NCBI GenBank assembly: GCA_964429815.1
Contig: CAYSCM010000003.1
Location: 29,297 to 93,296, forward strand
Reading direction: 5' to 3'
DNA from: an uncultured Candidatus Saccharibacteria bacterium
Lineage (GTDB): Bacteria > Patescibacteriota > Minisyncoccia > Phycocordibacterales > CAYSCM01
Length of the DNA: 64,000 bases
Shown here: in pieces, positions 56,284 to 64,000 of the stretch
Numbering within the stretch: the stretch's first letter is position 1
Layout: every line of letters starts with the position of its first letter
The notes under the pieces: model-generated
What the model was told of the DNA's origin: nothing
The model's input: only the letters and a program-made list of their open reading frames with translations
The model's database searches: none
Program-made: the position numbers and the translations under genes

Positions 56284-56363
56284 GGCACGCCTCCGTGTTG
56301 GACTAATCTTTCTTCATTTTCCCACCGCGGCCGCAGAATGCCCAACGGAGCTGTGCAAAACCG

Positions 56364-57377
56364 CTAGCGCTTGGCGATAATGCTCTTTTTATAGGTATCG
56401 AGGTGCGCGAGCGCGATACCGGTGCCCTTGGCAACACATAGTGGCGCATCCTTGGCGAGTATGGCTTTTACACCGATGCGGCGCAGGACAAGCTCAGGAA
56501 AATTGCGCAGCTGCGACGTTCCGCCGGTCATGATGATGCCCTGATCGATAATATCCGCGGCCAGCTCTGGCGGCGTCTCCTGGAGAACGTCTCGAATAGC
56601 TTTGATCATCTCGCGCAACTCCCTCCCTATGGCGCGTACAATTTCGTTACTCTTGAGCTCCGTTGTACGCGGAAGTCCCGTGAGGAGATCGCGGCCTTTG
56701 ACATGCATGGAAAGTTCCTCCGCAAGCGGCACAGCGGAGCCGATGTGGATCTTTACATCCTCGGCCATCTTGTCGCCTATCGCGAGGTTGTAGGTCTTCT
56801 TTATATAGTCGGCGATGGCGTGATCAATACGATTACCGGCGCACTTCACCGACGTCGAAGCGACTATGCCGCCGAGAGAAATCACGGCGACGTCGATGGT
56901 GCCCCCACCGATGTCGACGATCATGTGTCCCTTCGCCTCGTGAATGGGTATGCCCGCACCGATCGCCGCAAGGATCGGCTCCTTCACCACATAGGCGCTT
57001 TTTGCACCGGCACGGATGGAGGCTTCGATGACCGCACGTTTTTCTGTTGAGGTGACGCCCGCAGGGACGGAGACCATGACCTCGGGACGAAAGAGATTCC
57101 AGGTACCAAGAGCCTTGCGCATATAGTAACGAAGCATCGCTTCCGTCACGCGGTAATCCGCGATAACACCATCTTTCATCGGACGATACGCGATGATGCT
57201 CTCCGGTGTTCGGCCGATCATCTCTTTAGCTTCCGCACCGACCGCGAGAATTTTATTGTCTTGCTCAGAAACCGCAACGACGGAGGGCTCATTGAGGACC
57301 ACTCCCTTACCGGGCACATACACGAGCGTATAAGTGGTCCCGAGGTCGATCCCAAGCTTTGGAGAAAATAAGGCCAT
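56364..57377 (-). CDS. mreB: MreB/Mbl actin-like paralog (second copy)
   Basis: [32 protein letters not shown] and IIMTGGTSQLRN motifs; 337 aa. It is distinct from the mreB at 49544..50611. Confidence 0.88.
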   Translation of the reverse strand: MALFSPKLGIDLGTTYTLVYVPGKGVVLNEPSVVAVSEQDNKILAVGAEAKEMIGRTPESIIAYRPMKDGVIADYRVTEAMLRYYMRKALGTWNLFRPEVMVSVPAGVTSTEKRAVIEASIRAGAKSAYVVKEPILAAIGAGIPIHEAKGHMIVDIGGGTIDVAVISLGGIVASTSVKCAGNRIDHAIADYIKKTYNLAIGDKMAEDVKIHIGSAVPLAEELSMHVKGRDLLTGLPRTTELKSNEIVRAIGRELREMIKAIRDVLQETPPELAADIIDQGIIMTGGTSQLRNFPELVLRRIGVKAILAKDAPLCVAKGTGIALAHLDTYKKSIIAKR

Positions 57378-57489
57378 GAGAGTTGTATCTTAACGGAGCT
57401 TGAGTTAGAGCACAAAGCAGGCGCTATTGACTTTTATATTCCTATATGTTTAGATGCGAAAGGTACCAGCGGAAATACTGGAGGTCACA

Positions 57490-58251
57490 ATGTCCGCACA
57501 CGTTCTCTACACCATCGACCGGAAGCCCGAGTTGACTTCGGACGAGAAGAAACGAGTCGCGTACCTGCGCGAGAAGCAGGAGCTCGCGAATTCGCTGGGC
57601 CTCACCGTCCAGGCAAGCGCGCTCGATGTCGACATCGAAACCATCAAGCGTGCCAACTTGATCGCGACGCCGTCGCTCTCGTCGGATGAGCTACTCATTT
57701 GGCGCGCGTGGTTACCGACCGCCTACGCCGAGCATCTACGGACCGCTCACCACGGAGGTTTTCTGAAGTATTACGACTTCGATAAAATCCCGGGTCCCGT
57801 GCTTAAGATCTGGCAAAAACACAGGGAATCGGGACTCTTCCAGAGCTTCGAAATCTGGACACCCGAGTTTCACAAGATGGATCCGGTCCTCGTCGGCGTG
57901 AGCGGAACAAGCTATCACTTGCTTGCTCGCTGGGGCGAGTCCGATGCGCAGCTCATCTCGTTCTCGGAAATCAAGAAGAAAGTCAAACAACGTTGGCGCC
58001 GAAACCAGTTGCATTATCTTATCGTTCCCGCTTTCTTCGCCGGCGTTATCACTCTTTTTCTCAGCGCTGTTGCTATCAGGGAATCCGTACCCTCGTCAGA
58101 CCCGAATAACGATTGGGTGCTTCTCAGTATTCCGATAGGCATTAGCGTTTCGATTGCCCTGGGGGCGTTCCTTCGTAAGCTTTACGCGCGCAGGGATCCT
58201 CTCATGCAAGCAATCGCGCGTCATACCACATCGACTTCTGCTGACGACTGA
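57490..58251 (+). CDS. hypothetical protein with a C-terminal two-TM anchor
   Basis: A GGAGG ribosome-binding site sits before the ATG at 57490; the ORF track starts at 57454. No recognisable family. Confidence 0.5.
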   Translation: MSAHVLYTIDRKPELTSDEKKRVAYLREKQELANSLGLTVQASALDVDIETIKRANLIATPSLSSDELLIWRAWLPTAYAEHLRTAHHGGFLKYYDFDKIPGPVLKIWQKHRESGLFQSFEIWTPEFHKMDPVLVGVSGTSYHLLARWGESDAQLISFSEIKKKVKQRWRRNQLHYLIVPAFFAGVITLFLSAVAIRESVPSSDPNNDWVLLSIPIGISVSIALGAFLRKLYARRDPLMQAIARHTTSTSADD

Positions 58252-58342
58252 CATATGTGCTGTTCCTCAACAACGCCGCGAAGCAATTCACGGCGTTTTT
58301 CTTTTACTATCCCTTCATCTTCATTTGCCGTAGCATAGGCCA

Positions 58343-60244
58343 ATGCATTTGGTCGAGGTTATTCCGATAGCCCGCGGCATAAGCACTGAAGTGCTCTCCT
58401 ACTTTACAGGGAAGCCTATCTCAGCCGGCGAAATAGTGAAAGTCCCCGTGCGTACTCGGATTATTCCGGCGATGGTCGTCGCCGTGCGCTCCGCCTCCGA
58501 GCTGAAGGCGGATATACGCAAAGCGCCTTTTGAAATAAAAAAGCTTGAAGAAATAGTCGCCAAACGCGTCTTTCGAAAAGAATTCGTCGAAACCGCCGCG
58601 GTGTGCGCCGAGTATTTCGCTACTACGACCGGAGCGGTCCTCGCTTCCCTTCTTCCCAAGGCACTCCTTACTTCTCTCCCTGAGCTGCCAGAGCTCGGTG
58701 AATCACTGAAGCACCGACAACAATTCACTCCGGAGCGCATTATCCTCCAAGCGCCGCTTTCGGAGCGGCTCTCTCACTACAAGAGCCTCATTCGGGAGGA
58801 GTTTGCCCGTGGTCGCTCTGTTGCCATTGTCGTACCCACCATCCAGGACGGCACCGTTCTCGAGAGCGAGCTTTCCCGCGGCATCGAAGCGTTTACCTAC
58901 TTTTTCCATACCGACGTACCCCGCAAGAAAATCCTTGAGAGGTGGCGGCAGCTCGCAGAAGATCCGCATCCCATACTCACGATTATGACTGGCTCGTTTT
59001 TAGGACTGCCCCGCAACGATCTAGGAGTGCTTGTCGTTGAGCGTGAGAGCGCTCGGGGCTACAAATTACAATTCCGACCATACCTCGATATCCGAGTGTT
59101 CGCTGAACGCTACGCGGGAGCTCTTGGGGCGCGCTTCATTCTTGCCGATATGCCGCTTCGCGTTGAGACACTCGGCCGCATGGTGGGTGGCGAGGTCGAG
59201 GAGTTCGGAAAGCTCCGTGCTCGTGCCGTGAGTTCTGCAACCTCTTCCGTTATCGACGCGCGACGTCCGACGGAAGCCAAGAAAAAAGCGTTCGAAACGC
59301 TGACGCCCGAGCTGCGAGAGGCTCTCGGAAAGATCCTCACGGAGGGGAAACGGGCATTCCTTTTTACCGTGCGACGCGGTCTTTCTCCCGTGACCGCCTG
59401 TGGCGATTGCGAGAGCATCGTCACGTGTAGCGTTTGCGACGCGGCGGTCGTCCTCCACAGGGCGGGAAAGGAGAACGCGTTCGTATGCCACTCATGCGGG
59501 GCGGTGCGGAGCGCACATGAAAAATGTAAGACGTGCGATAGTTGGAAACTGGTGACGCTTGGTATCGGGATCGAGCGCGTGCGAGAAGAGCTCTCTTCCC
59601 TCTTTCCCGATGTTCCACTCTTCGTGCTCGAGCGCGAAACGGCGAAAAATCACAAAGAAGCGGTCGCTATTGCAAAAAAATTCTACTCAACCGCCCCGGC
59701 GATACTCCTTGGCACAGAGCTCTCGTTTCCGTATGTCGAAAAAGAAGTCGCTCTCTCTGCGATTGTCTCTGCCGATACGCTTCTGTCGGTACCTGAGTGG
59801 CGGACTCAGGAGAGACTATTTTCGGCGCTTCTTGCGGTGCGCGGATTTGCCAGAGAACACTTTTTCATACAGACACGCGAACCAGAGCAGCCGACTATTG
59901 CGCTCGCTCGCGACGGCAACATCATCGAATTTTATAAAGCGGAGCTCGCGCGCAGGAGCGAGTTTCGCTACCCGCCGGCGACCGTGCTCATCAAGCTCAC
60001 GATCGAAGGGACCCGTAGTCGTATCGCGGCAGGCATCGAGACGCTCACGAAGGAGTTCGGTCCATACGGGTTTCTGGTGTACGCCCCATCCGTTCACCTC
60101 GGTCATGGGAACTATCTCGCCCATGGGCTCCTGCGGATCACCAAGGCGGCGTGGCCCGACGCGGCCATAGTGCGCAAACTGCGCGCGCTGTCGCCCGAAT
60201 TTGCCATCGACGTTGAGCCGCAGAATCTGCTCTCGGCCTCTTGA
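58343..60244 (+). CDS. priA: primosomal protein N' (PriA)-like, Walker A apparently degenerate
   Basis: N-terminal 3'-DNA-binding-like domain. The helicase core position reads QAPLSERLSHY where GxGKT is expected. The PriA Cys-rich Zn region is present (CGDCESIVTCSVCDAAVVLH...CHSCG...CKTCDS). Confidence 0.7.
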   Translation: MHLVEVIPIARGISTEVLSYFTGKPISAGEIVKVPVRTRIIPAMVVAVRSASELKADIRKAPFEIKKLEEIVAKRVFRKEFVETAAVCAEYFATTTGAVLASLLPKALLTSLPELPELGESLKHRQQFTPERIILQAPLSERLSHYKSLIREEFARGRSVAIVVPTIQDGTVLESELSRGIEAFTYFFHTDVPRKKILERWRQLAEDPHPILTIMTGSFLGLPRNDLGVLVVERESARGYKLQFRPYLDIRVFAERYAGALGARFILADMPLRVETLGRMVGGEVEEFGKLRARAVSSATSSVIDARRPTEAKKKAFETLTPELREALGKILTEGKRAFLFTVRRGLSPVTACGDCESIVTCSVCDAAVVLHRAGKENAFVCHSCGAVRSAHEKCKTCDSWKLVTLGIGIERVREELSSLFPDVPLFVLERETAKNHKEAVAIAKKFYSTAPAILLGTELSFPYVEKEVALSAIVSADTLLSVPEWRTQERLFSALLAVRGFAREHFFIQTREPEQPTIALARDGNIIEFYKAELARRSEFRYPPATVLIKLTIEGTRSRIAAGIETLTKEFGPYGFLVYAPSVHLGHGNYLAHGLLRITKAAWPDAAIVRKLRALSPEFAIDVEPQNLLSAS

Positions 60245-60268
60245 CTCCTGCCACCGTTAGGGTATAGT
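60241..60268 (+). promoter_or_regulatory. putative sigma70 promoter P1 overlapping the priA stop
   Basis: TTGACT-16 nt-TATAGT. Confidence 0.5.
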
Positions 60269-60477
60269 CCTTTCTGGAATCGTTGCGGATGCTTCCCTGA
60301 CCTTCTCCCAGAGGAGAGGGTGCGAGAGCGTTCGCTTCGCTGTGGGGTCGGCTTCTCCCCGGGGCCGACCCCATACCACCCTTAACCTTTTTCTACAGGA
60401 AACGCGGCGGCGATACCCCTCGCCTCCGTGTCGTGACGCTCGGATTCCTCAGGCCGAGCGTTACATGCCCGGGCGAA

Positions 60478-60520
60478 GCCAGGCGGCGGTCCCCTCCCGC
60501 TCGCCTGGCTTTTATTTTTA
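60478..60520 (+). terminator. intrinsic terminator T1
   Basis: GCCAGGCG-(16-nt loop)-CGCCTGGC followed by TTTTATTTTTA. Confidence 0.65.
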
Positions 60521-60548
60521 TACCCACAGTTTCTCCCCTTCCGTGCCG

Positions 60549-60576
60549 TTGACGGGAGCGTCTCGTGCGATATAGT
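60549..60576 (+). promoter_or_regulatory. putative sigma70 promoter P2
   Basis: TTGACG-16 nt-TATAGT. Confidence 0.5.
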
Positions 60577-60779
60577 TTCCTGCGGACCGTCGTACTTCTA
60601 CCCATTCGCAGCTCTCCGGTGCAAGACCGTTTTGAGAGCTCGCGCGGGGCCGGCTGGTGTTCGAACATTAACCGCCGGCCCCGGTCCTCTTCGAATGCGC
60701 GACTTCCCTCCTCTCCCCGCGTGGGGGTCGCGTATGGTGCGTGCCCGGTGCTGTCCCCCCTCGGGCGCGCCCATGTCCT

Positions 60780-60820
60780 GGGCCAGGTGGCGATACCCCT
60801 CGCTGCCTGGCCCTTTTATT
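60780..60820 (+). terminator. intrinsic terminator T2, homologous to T1, 35 nt upstream of def
   Basis: GGGCCAGG-(18-nt loop)-CCTGGCCC followed by TTTTATT. The loop/stem sequence GGCGATACCCCTCGC is shared with the T1 module. Confidence 0.65.
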
Positions 60821-60854
60821 GTGCGTATTGCGCCAAGGAGCGAGAGGATATTGA

Positions 60855-61391
60855 ATGAGACCCATGGTGAAAATCGTCCAAAACGGCAACCCAGTACTTC
60901 GCGAGATTGCGAAGCCCGTTTCTCTTTCGACCATCAAGTCCGCGTCGTTTCGAAAAGTCCTCAAGGATATGGAGGTGGCGCTTTCCTCGCAGGAAGACGG
61001 GGTCGCGCTCGCAGCCCCACAGATAGGGCTTTCGCTACGCCTCTTTATCGTTTCAGGGCGTATTTTTGAAAAAACAAAAGGGGACGTTAAGCGTAGCCGC
61101 AAATCGGACCTTATCTTCATCAATCCCGAGCTGATCCGTCTTTCAAAAAAACGAAAGGTGATGGACGAAGGGTGTCTGTCTGTGCGTCCGCTCTACGGCA
61201 ATGTAAAACGCGCCGAGAAAGCGACCATCCGCGCCTACGACGAAAAGGGAAAACTCCATGAGTACGGAGCAAGCGGCCTTCTCGCGCAGATATTCCAGCA
61301 CGAAATGGATCATCTGGAGGGCATTCTCTTTGTAGATAAAGCGACCGACGTGCTTGAACTTCCGAAGGAACATGCAAAAGTCAAAGCCTAG
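60855..61391 (+). CDS. def: peptide deformylase
   Basis: GVALAAPQIG, EGCLS and QHEMDHLEG motifs; AAGGAG ribosome-binding site. Confidence 0.95.
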   Translation: MRPMVKIVQNGNPVLREIAKPVSLSTIKSASFRKVLKDMEVALSSQEDGVALAAPQIGLSLRLFIVSGRIFEKTKGDVKRSRKSDLIFINPELIRLSKKRKVMDEGCLSVRPLYGNVKRAEKATIRAYDEKGKLHEYGASGLLAQIFQHEMDHLEGILFVDKATDVLELPKEHAKVKA

Positions 61392-62223
61392 GTTCGCTTT
61401 CTTCGGCACCCCGCGTTTTGCGACCATCGTCCTTGATGAGCTCGCAGCGGCCGGATACCTCCCCGCACTCATCGTCACCGCCCCGGACGCTCCGGTCGGG
61501 CGCGGGCTTACGCTCACTTCCCCTGCGGTGAAGCAGTGGGCTGATCGACACGATATTGCCTCCATTCAACCAACCTCTCTTGCGCAATTACCAAAAGAAC
61601 TTACCGGTTCGTGGGATTTCTTTGTCGTCGCCGCGTATGGAAAACTTCTGCGCAAAAACGTTCTCGACATACCCACGCAAGGGACCCTCAACGTACATCC
61701 ATCGCTTTTGCCAAAACTGCGCGGTGCCTCCCCTATTGAGTCAGCCATTCTTACCGACGAGAAAGAAACGGGTGTCTCCATCATGCTCCTCGATGAAAAA
61801 ATGGATCACGGTCCCATTCTTGCGCAAAAAAAGGTAGCACCAAAACCCTGGCCTCCTCGAGCCAGCGAGCTGGAAGACACTCTCGCCCACGAAGGGGGTC
61901 GCCTGCTCGCAGTGGTGATCGCGCCGTGGCAGGGCGGCGAGCTGAATCCGACGGAGCAGGATCACACGAGGGCGAGCGTCACCAAAAAAATTGAGAAGGG
62001 GGATGGACTCATCGATCTTACCGCAGATCCCTATCAAAACTTTTTAAAAATTCGAGCTCTTGAAGGTTGGCCGGGAACCTATTTTTTCCATCAAAAACAG
62101 GGGAGGAGAATTCGCGTCAAGATCGTGGATGCAACCTATACTCCCGGCTCACTTACCATTACGCGCGTTATTCCGGAGGGTAAGCGCGAGATGAGCTACC
62201 CGGATTTTTTGCGCGGAAAATAA
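61372..62223 (+). CDS. fmt: methionyl-tRNA formyltransferase
   Basis: FFGTP...NVHPSLLPKLRGASPI (SLLP motif) and a C-terminal domain. GAAGGAA ribosome-binding site. 20-nt overlap with def. Confidence 0.9.
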   Translation: MQKSKPRFAFFGTPRFATIVLDELAAAGYLPALIVTAPDAPVGRGLTLTSPAVKQWADRHDIASIQPTSLAQLPKELTGSWDFFVVAAYGKLLRKNVLDIPTQGTLNVHPSLLPKLRGASPIESAILTDEKETGVSIMLLDEKMDHGPILAQKKVAPKPWPPRASELEDTLAHEGGRLLAVVIAPWQGGELNPTEQDHTRASVTKKIEKGDGLIDLTADPYQNFLKIRALEGWPGTYFFHQKQGRRIRVKIVDATYTPGSLTITRVIPEGKREMSYPDFLRGK

Positions 62224-62341
62224 AAGGCGCGATTACTCGCGCCCAAGTTTCTGCTTCTCCGGTGTCGGTCGCTCTTTCTGTTGCCCTTCCTTCGGAAATT
62301 TTCGATCGGGAAGCCTTAAGGATTGTCCGAAGTGATGGGGT

Positions 62342-62608
62342 TCAACCCACCCCTGGCGAATCACCTCGGGGGTCGTGCGTAAGGTGGGCACACTCGTTCC
62401 CCTTCTCGTCTAGTTGATTTCCTCCTGGCACTGCCTCACCTCGCTTCGCGAGTGTTCTTTCGATGAGAGAAAGCTTTTCGCGCAGCGAGCGCCGTTCGTG
62501 TTCCTCGGTACAGCCCGGGAGGTTGAGACCAGCGAGCTGCCAAAGTTCTTTGCGCAGCTGCTGCCACGAACCTAGGAGCTGTGCCGAGGTCAGCGTATCA
62601 AACGCCAT
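62342..62608 (-). CDS. hypothetical small protein (88 aa)
   Basis: Strong AAGGAGGG ribosome-binding site 6 nt before the ATG. Helical N-half, low-complexity C-half. Lies 30 nt downstream of hpf. Confidence 0.45.
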   Translation of the reverse strand: MAFDTLTSAQLLGSWQQLRKELWQLAGLNLPGCTEEHERRSLREKLSLIERTLAKRGEAVPGGNQLDEKGNECAHLTHDPRGDSPGVG

Positions 62609-62640
62609 GGATTCCCTCCTTTTGCTTCAGAGACCCTACG

Positions 62641-63021
62641 TCAAAACTTCCAGTTGCGCCAGTCGCGCATGAGCTCCTTTACGCGCGCACCAGAGCGGCG
62701 CACGAACCCACGCTCCTTTTGCTTTGCCTTGCCGAGCTCCATGAGAAGCTGATCTTCGACGGCGTCTATCGCGGCGTGGAGCGTCTCTTTCATCTGCACG
62801 GCTCGATGTTGCTTTCCCGAGAGGGTGAGGGTGGCCTCGGCTTTGAAAATGTTCCCGTTCTTGTGGTGGTCGGTCACCCGGGCGAGCTCAACGTCCAGCC
62901 GGTGTACCGGGTCATCGGGCTGAACGAATTTTGAAAGCGACGAAAGCTTTTCCTCAAGGTAGCGTTTGACCTCCTCGGTGAGAGCGATGTTGGTGGCTTT
63001 TAAGGTGGTGACCATGCTCAT
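62641..63021 (-). CDS. hpf: ribosome hibernation promoting factor / RaiA family (short form)
   Basis: MSMVTTLKATNIALTEEVKRYLEEKLSSLSKF...matches the YfiA/HPF fold. The start is the internal ATG with an AGGAA ribosome-binding site. Confidence 0.8.
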   Translation of the reverse strand: MSMVTTLKATNIALTEEVKRYLEEKLSSLSKFVQPDDPVHRLDVELARVTDHHKNGNIFKAEATLTLSGKQHRAVQMKETLHAAIDAVEDQLLMELGKAKQKERGFVRRSGARVKELMRDWRNWKF

Positions 63022-63031
63022 GGCGGTGTTC

Positions 63032-63286
63032 CTATGTTTTGTAATGTTCTCCGAGATACTCGACGATCGCTGCCGATTCATAGAGCCCCAGGTGGCGATT
63101 GTGATCGAGGAGATAGGGCACTTGTCGATATCCGCCTTCGTGCACGAGCTCTTTCGCGTAGCGAGACTCCTTGATGTTGCGTATATCGACGGGGATGTTG
63201 AGCTCATCCACTTTGGCAAGCGCCGCTCGGCTGAAGGCGCAGTTGTCTTTTACATAAAGGATAAGCCCGGCGGAAGAGGCGCTCAT
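63032..63286 (-). CDS. glutaredoxin-like protein (thioredoxin fold, CxxS active site)
   Basis: ILYVKDNCAFS...VPYLLDHNRHLG is a Grx/NrdH-like layout with CAFS in place of CxxC. Confidence 0.7.
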   Translation of the reverse strand: MSASSAGLILYVKDNCAFSRAALAKVDELNIPVDIRNIKESRYAKELVHEGGYRQVPYLLDHNRHLGLYESAAIVEYLGEHYKT

Positions 63287-63864
63287 GGTGATTGCCGCTC
63301 ATAGCGGCCAATGAGGGTCGCACTGCCGAGCTCATGTCCTGCCATCGCGCTCAGTACTTTATCCTTGGTGGCACCCGGCTCAAGCGAGAGGTTTTCATCG
63401 AGCGCGTAGAGCGTAAAGAAGTAGCGGTGCTCTTTCGGCTCATATTGCGGCGGAGGACAGGGACCGATGTAGCCTTTCTTCCCCGCTCCGTTGTTTCCCT
63501 GCACTCCTTCAGAGCTCCCCTCGGGAATTCCCGTCGTCTGAGGAGGAATATTGAAAAGCACCCAGTGCACAAACTCTCCATCGGGACGGAGCGTCTTAGG
63601 CACATCCGGATCGAGCATAATGAGCGCGAGCGATTTGGTGCCAGCGGGAACATTACTAAAGGAAAGCGCCGGACTTACGGGAGCCGGATCATCACAGGTG
63701 TACTTGCCGGGAATGGTCCCGTCTGCGGCAAACGCGCTCGAGTCGATGGTAAAGTTTTTTGCTGTCATTGGTGCTCGGGTAGTCTTACGGTGCGAAGTAA
63801 CGTAGATTCCAAAAGCAACAAGCACGAGTACCCCAAAGCCAACCGTGAAGTACATGCTCCGCAT
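63283..63864 (-). CDS. YbhB/YbcL (PEBP, Raf-kinase-inhibitor-like) family protein with an N-terminal TM anchor
   Basis: DPDVP...HWVLFNIP...GPCPP...HRYFFTLYALD are the PEBP motifs. The start is uncertain (ATG at 63864 or 63855). Confidence 0.7.
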   Translation of the reverse strand: MRSMYFTVGFGVLVLVAFGIYVTSHRKTTRAPMTAKNFTIDSSAFAADGTIPGKYTCDDPAPVSPALSFSNVPAGTKSLALIMLDPDVPKTLRPDGEFVHWVLFNIPPQTTGIPEGSSEGVQGNNGAGKKGYIGPCPPPQYEPKEHRYFFTLYALDENLSLEPGATKDKVLSAMAGHELGSATLIGRYERQSP

Positions 63865-63925
63865 ATCGGAAGTATAACAAAAACGGCCCAACTGCTTTGC
63901 AAAATAGGTTCAATTTTGTAAGAAT

Positions 63926-63990
63926 GTGGCCACATTCCGGTGTAGCTCAATGGTAGAGCAGCTCCCTGTTAAGGAGTTGGTTGTAGGTTC
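63926..63990 (+). tRNA. tRNA-Asn (anticodon GTT), 3' end cut by the window edge
   Basis: Acceptor TCCGGTG, D-arm GCTC-AATGGTA-GAGC, anticodon stem GCTCC/GGAGT with loop CTGTTAA, T-arm GTAGG-TTCGAGT-CCTAC. A TTGCAA-17 nt-TAAGAAT promoter-like element lies upstream. Confidence 0.8.
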
Positions 63991-64000
63991 GAGTCCTACC

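Noticed and set aside
60420-60520. Possible ZTP (pfl) riboswitch upstream of def-fmt
   Set aside because: Only short motif resemblances (UCGUGAC, then a hairpin, then CGCCUGGC). The spacing and the P3/pseudoknot partners do not fit the consensus by eye. Kept only as a hypothesis to test with a covariance model, and not annotated as a feature.
60342-60858. ORF-track ORFs 60342-60575 and 60565-60858 in the priA-def spacer
   Set aside because: They span intrinsic terminators and promoters. Their translations are Pro/Arg/Ser-rich with no ribosome-binding site. The region is better explained as a structured non-coding region.
1-63990. CRISPR arrays, insertion sequences, integrases, prophage or toxin-antitoxin modules
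   Set aside because: No spaced direct repeats of CRISPR type. No transposase or integrase-like ORFs. No terminal inverted repeats. tRNA genes show no adjacent integrase. The only repeats are the 39-nt in-gene tandem repeat and the duplicated terminator modules.

Overview
This is a 63,990-nt gene-dense bacterial chromosomal segment, roughly 55-58% GC. About 85% of it codes for housekeeping genes arranged in long co-directional operons. The gene content looks like a small-genome bacterium, possibly of the Candidate Phyla Radiation (Patescibacteria/Parcubacteria): compact genes, a class I LysRS and an archaeal-type AspRS. That taxonomic placement is inference only. I found no rRNA, CRISPR array, transposase, integrase or obvious prophage.

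Recognisable content:
- the 3' end of alaS
- the alpha ribosomal operon (infA-rpmJ-rpsM-rpsK-rpsD-rpoA-rplQ) followed by rplM-rpsI
- grpE-dnaK-dnaJ
- a long plus-strand operon: trpS-aspS-scpA-scpB-dacA-like-mraY-ftsW-murG-gltX-M23 peptidase
- rpmA, rplI, ctpA, cysS, dnaB, recR, rplU, rmuC, yqeY, truB and an ABC exporter
- a minus-strand mraZ-rsmH-ftsL-ftsI-murF-PadR cluster, with an array of MraZ-box-like repeats upstream of mraZ
- a class I LysRS (lysK) and greA
- a long minus-strand operon: holB-...-frr-rseP-proS-mreB-mreC-mreD-mrdA, plus a second orphan mreB paralog
- priA-like, def-fmt and hpf-glutaredoxin-PEBP genes
- four tRNAs: Pro-GGG, Glu-UUC, Asn-GUU (cut by the window end) and none others

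The most interesting unexplained structure is non-coding:
- a ~600-nt segment between priA and def holding two tandem, homologous promoter / structured RNA / terminator modules
- a ~460-nt protein-free, lower-GC segment with internal direct repeats and its own terminator, between mrdA and greA
- a strong ribosome-binding site plus a 12-codon ORF plus a terminator, between rpmA and rplI

Other points worth a second look:
- a divergent actin-fold ATPase paired with a bitopic membrane protein (PilM/PilN-like or FtsA/anchor-like)
- a highly expressed small basic protein and its partner
- a low-GC small ORF translationally coupled to recR
- a PriA homolog whose Walker A motif appears to be lost
- several secreted or membrane hypothetical proteins
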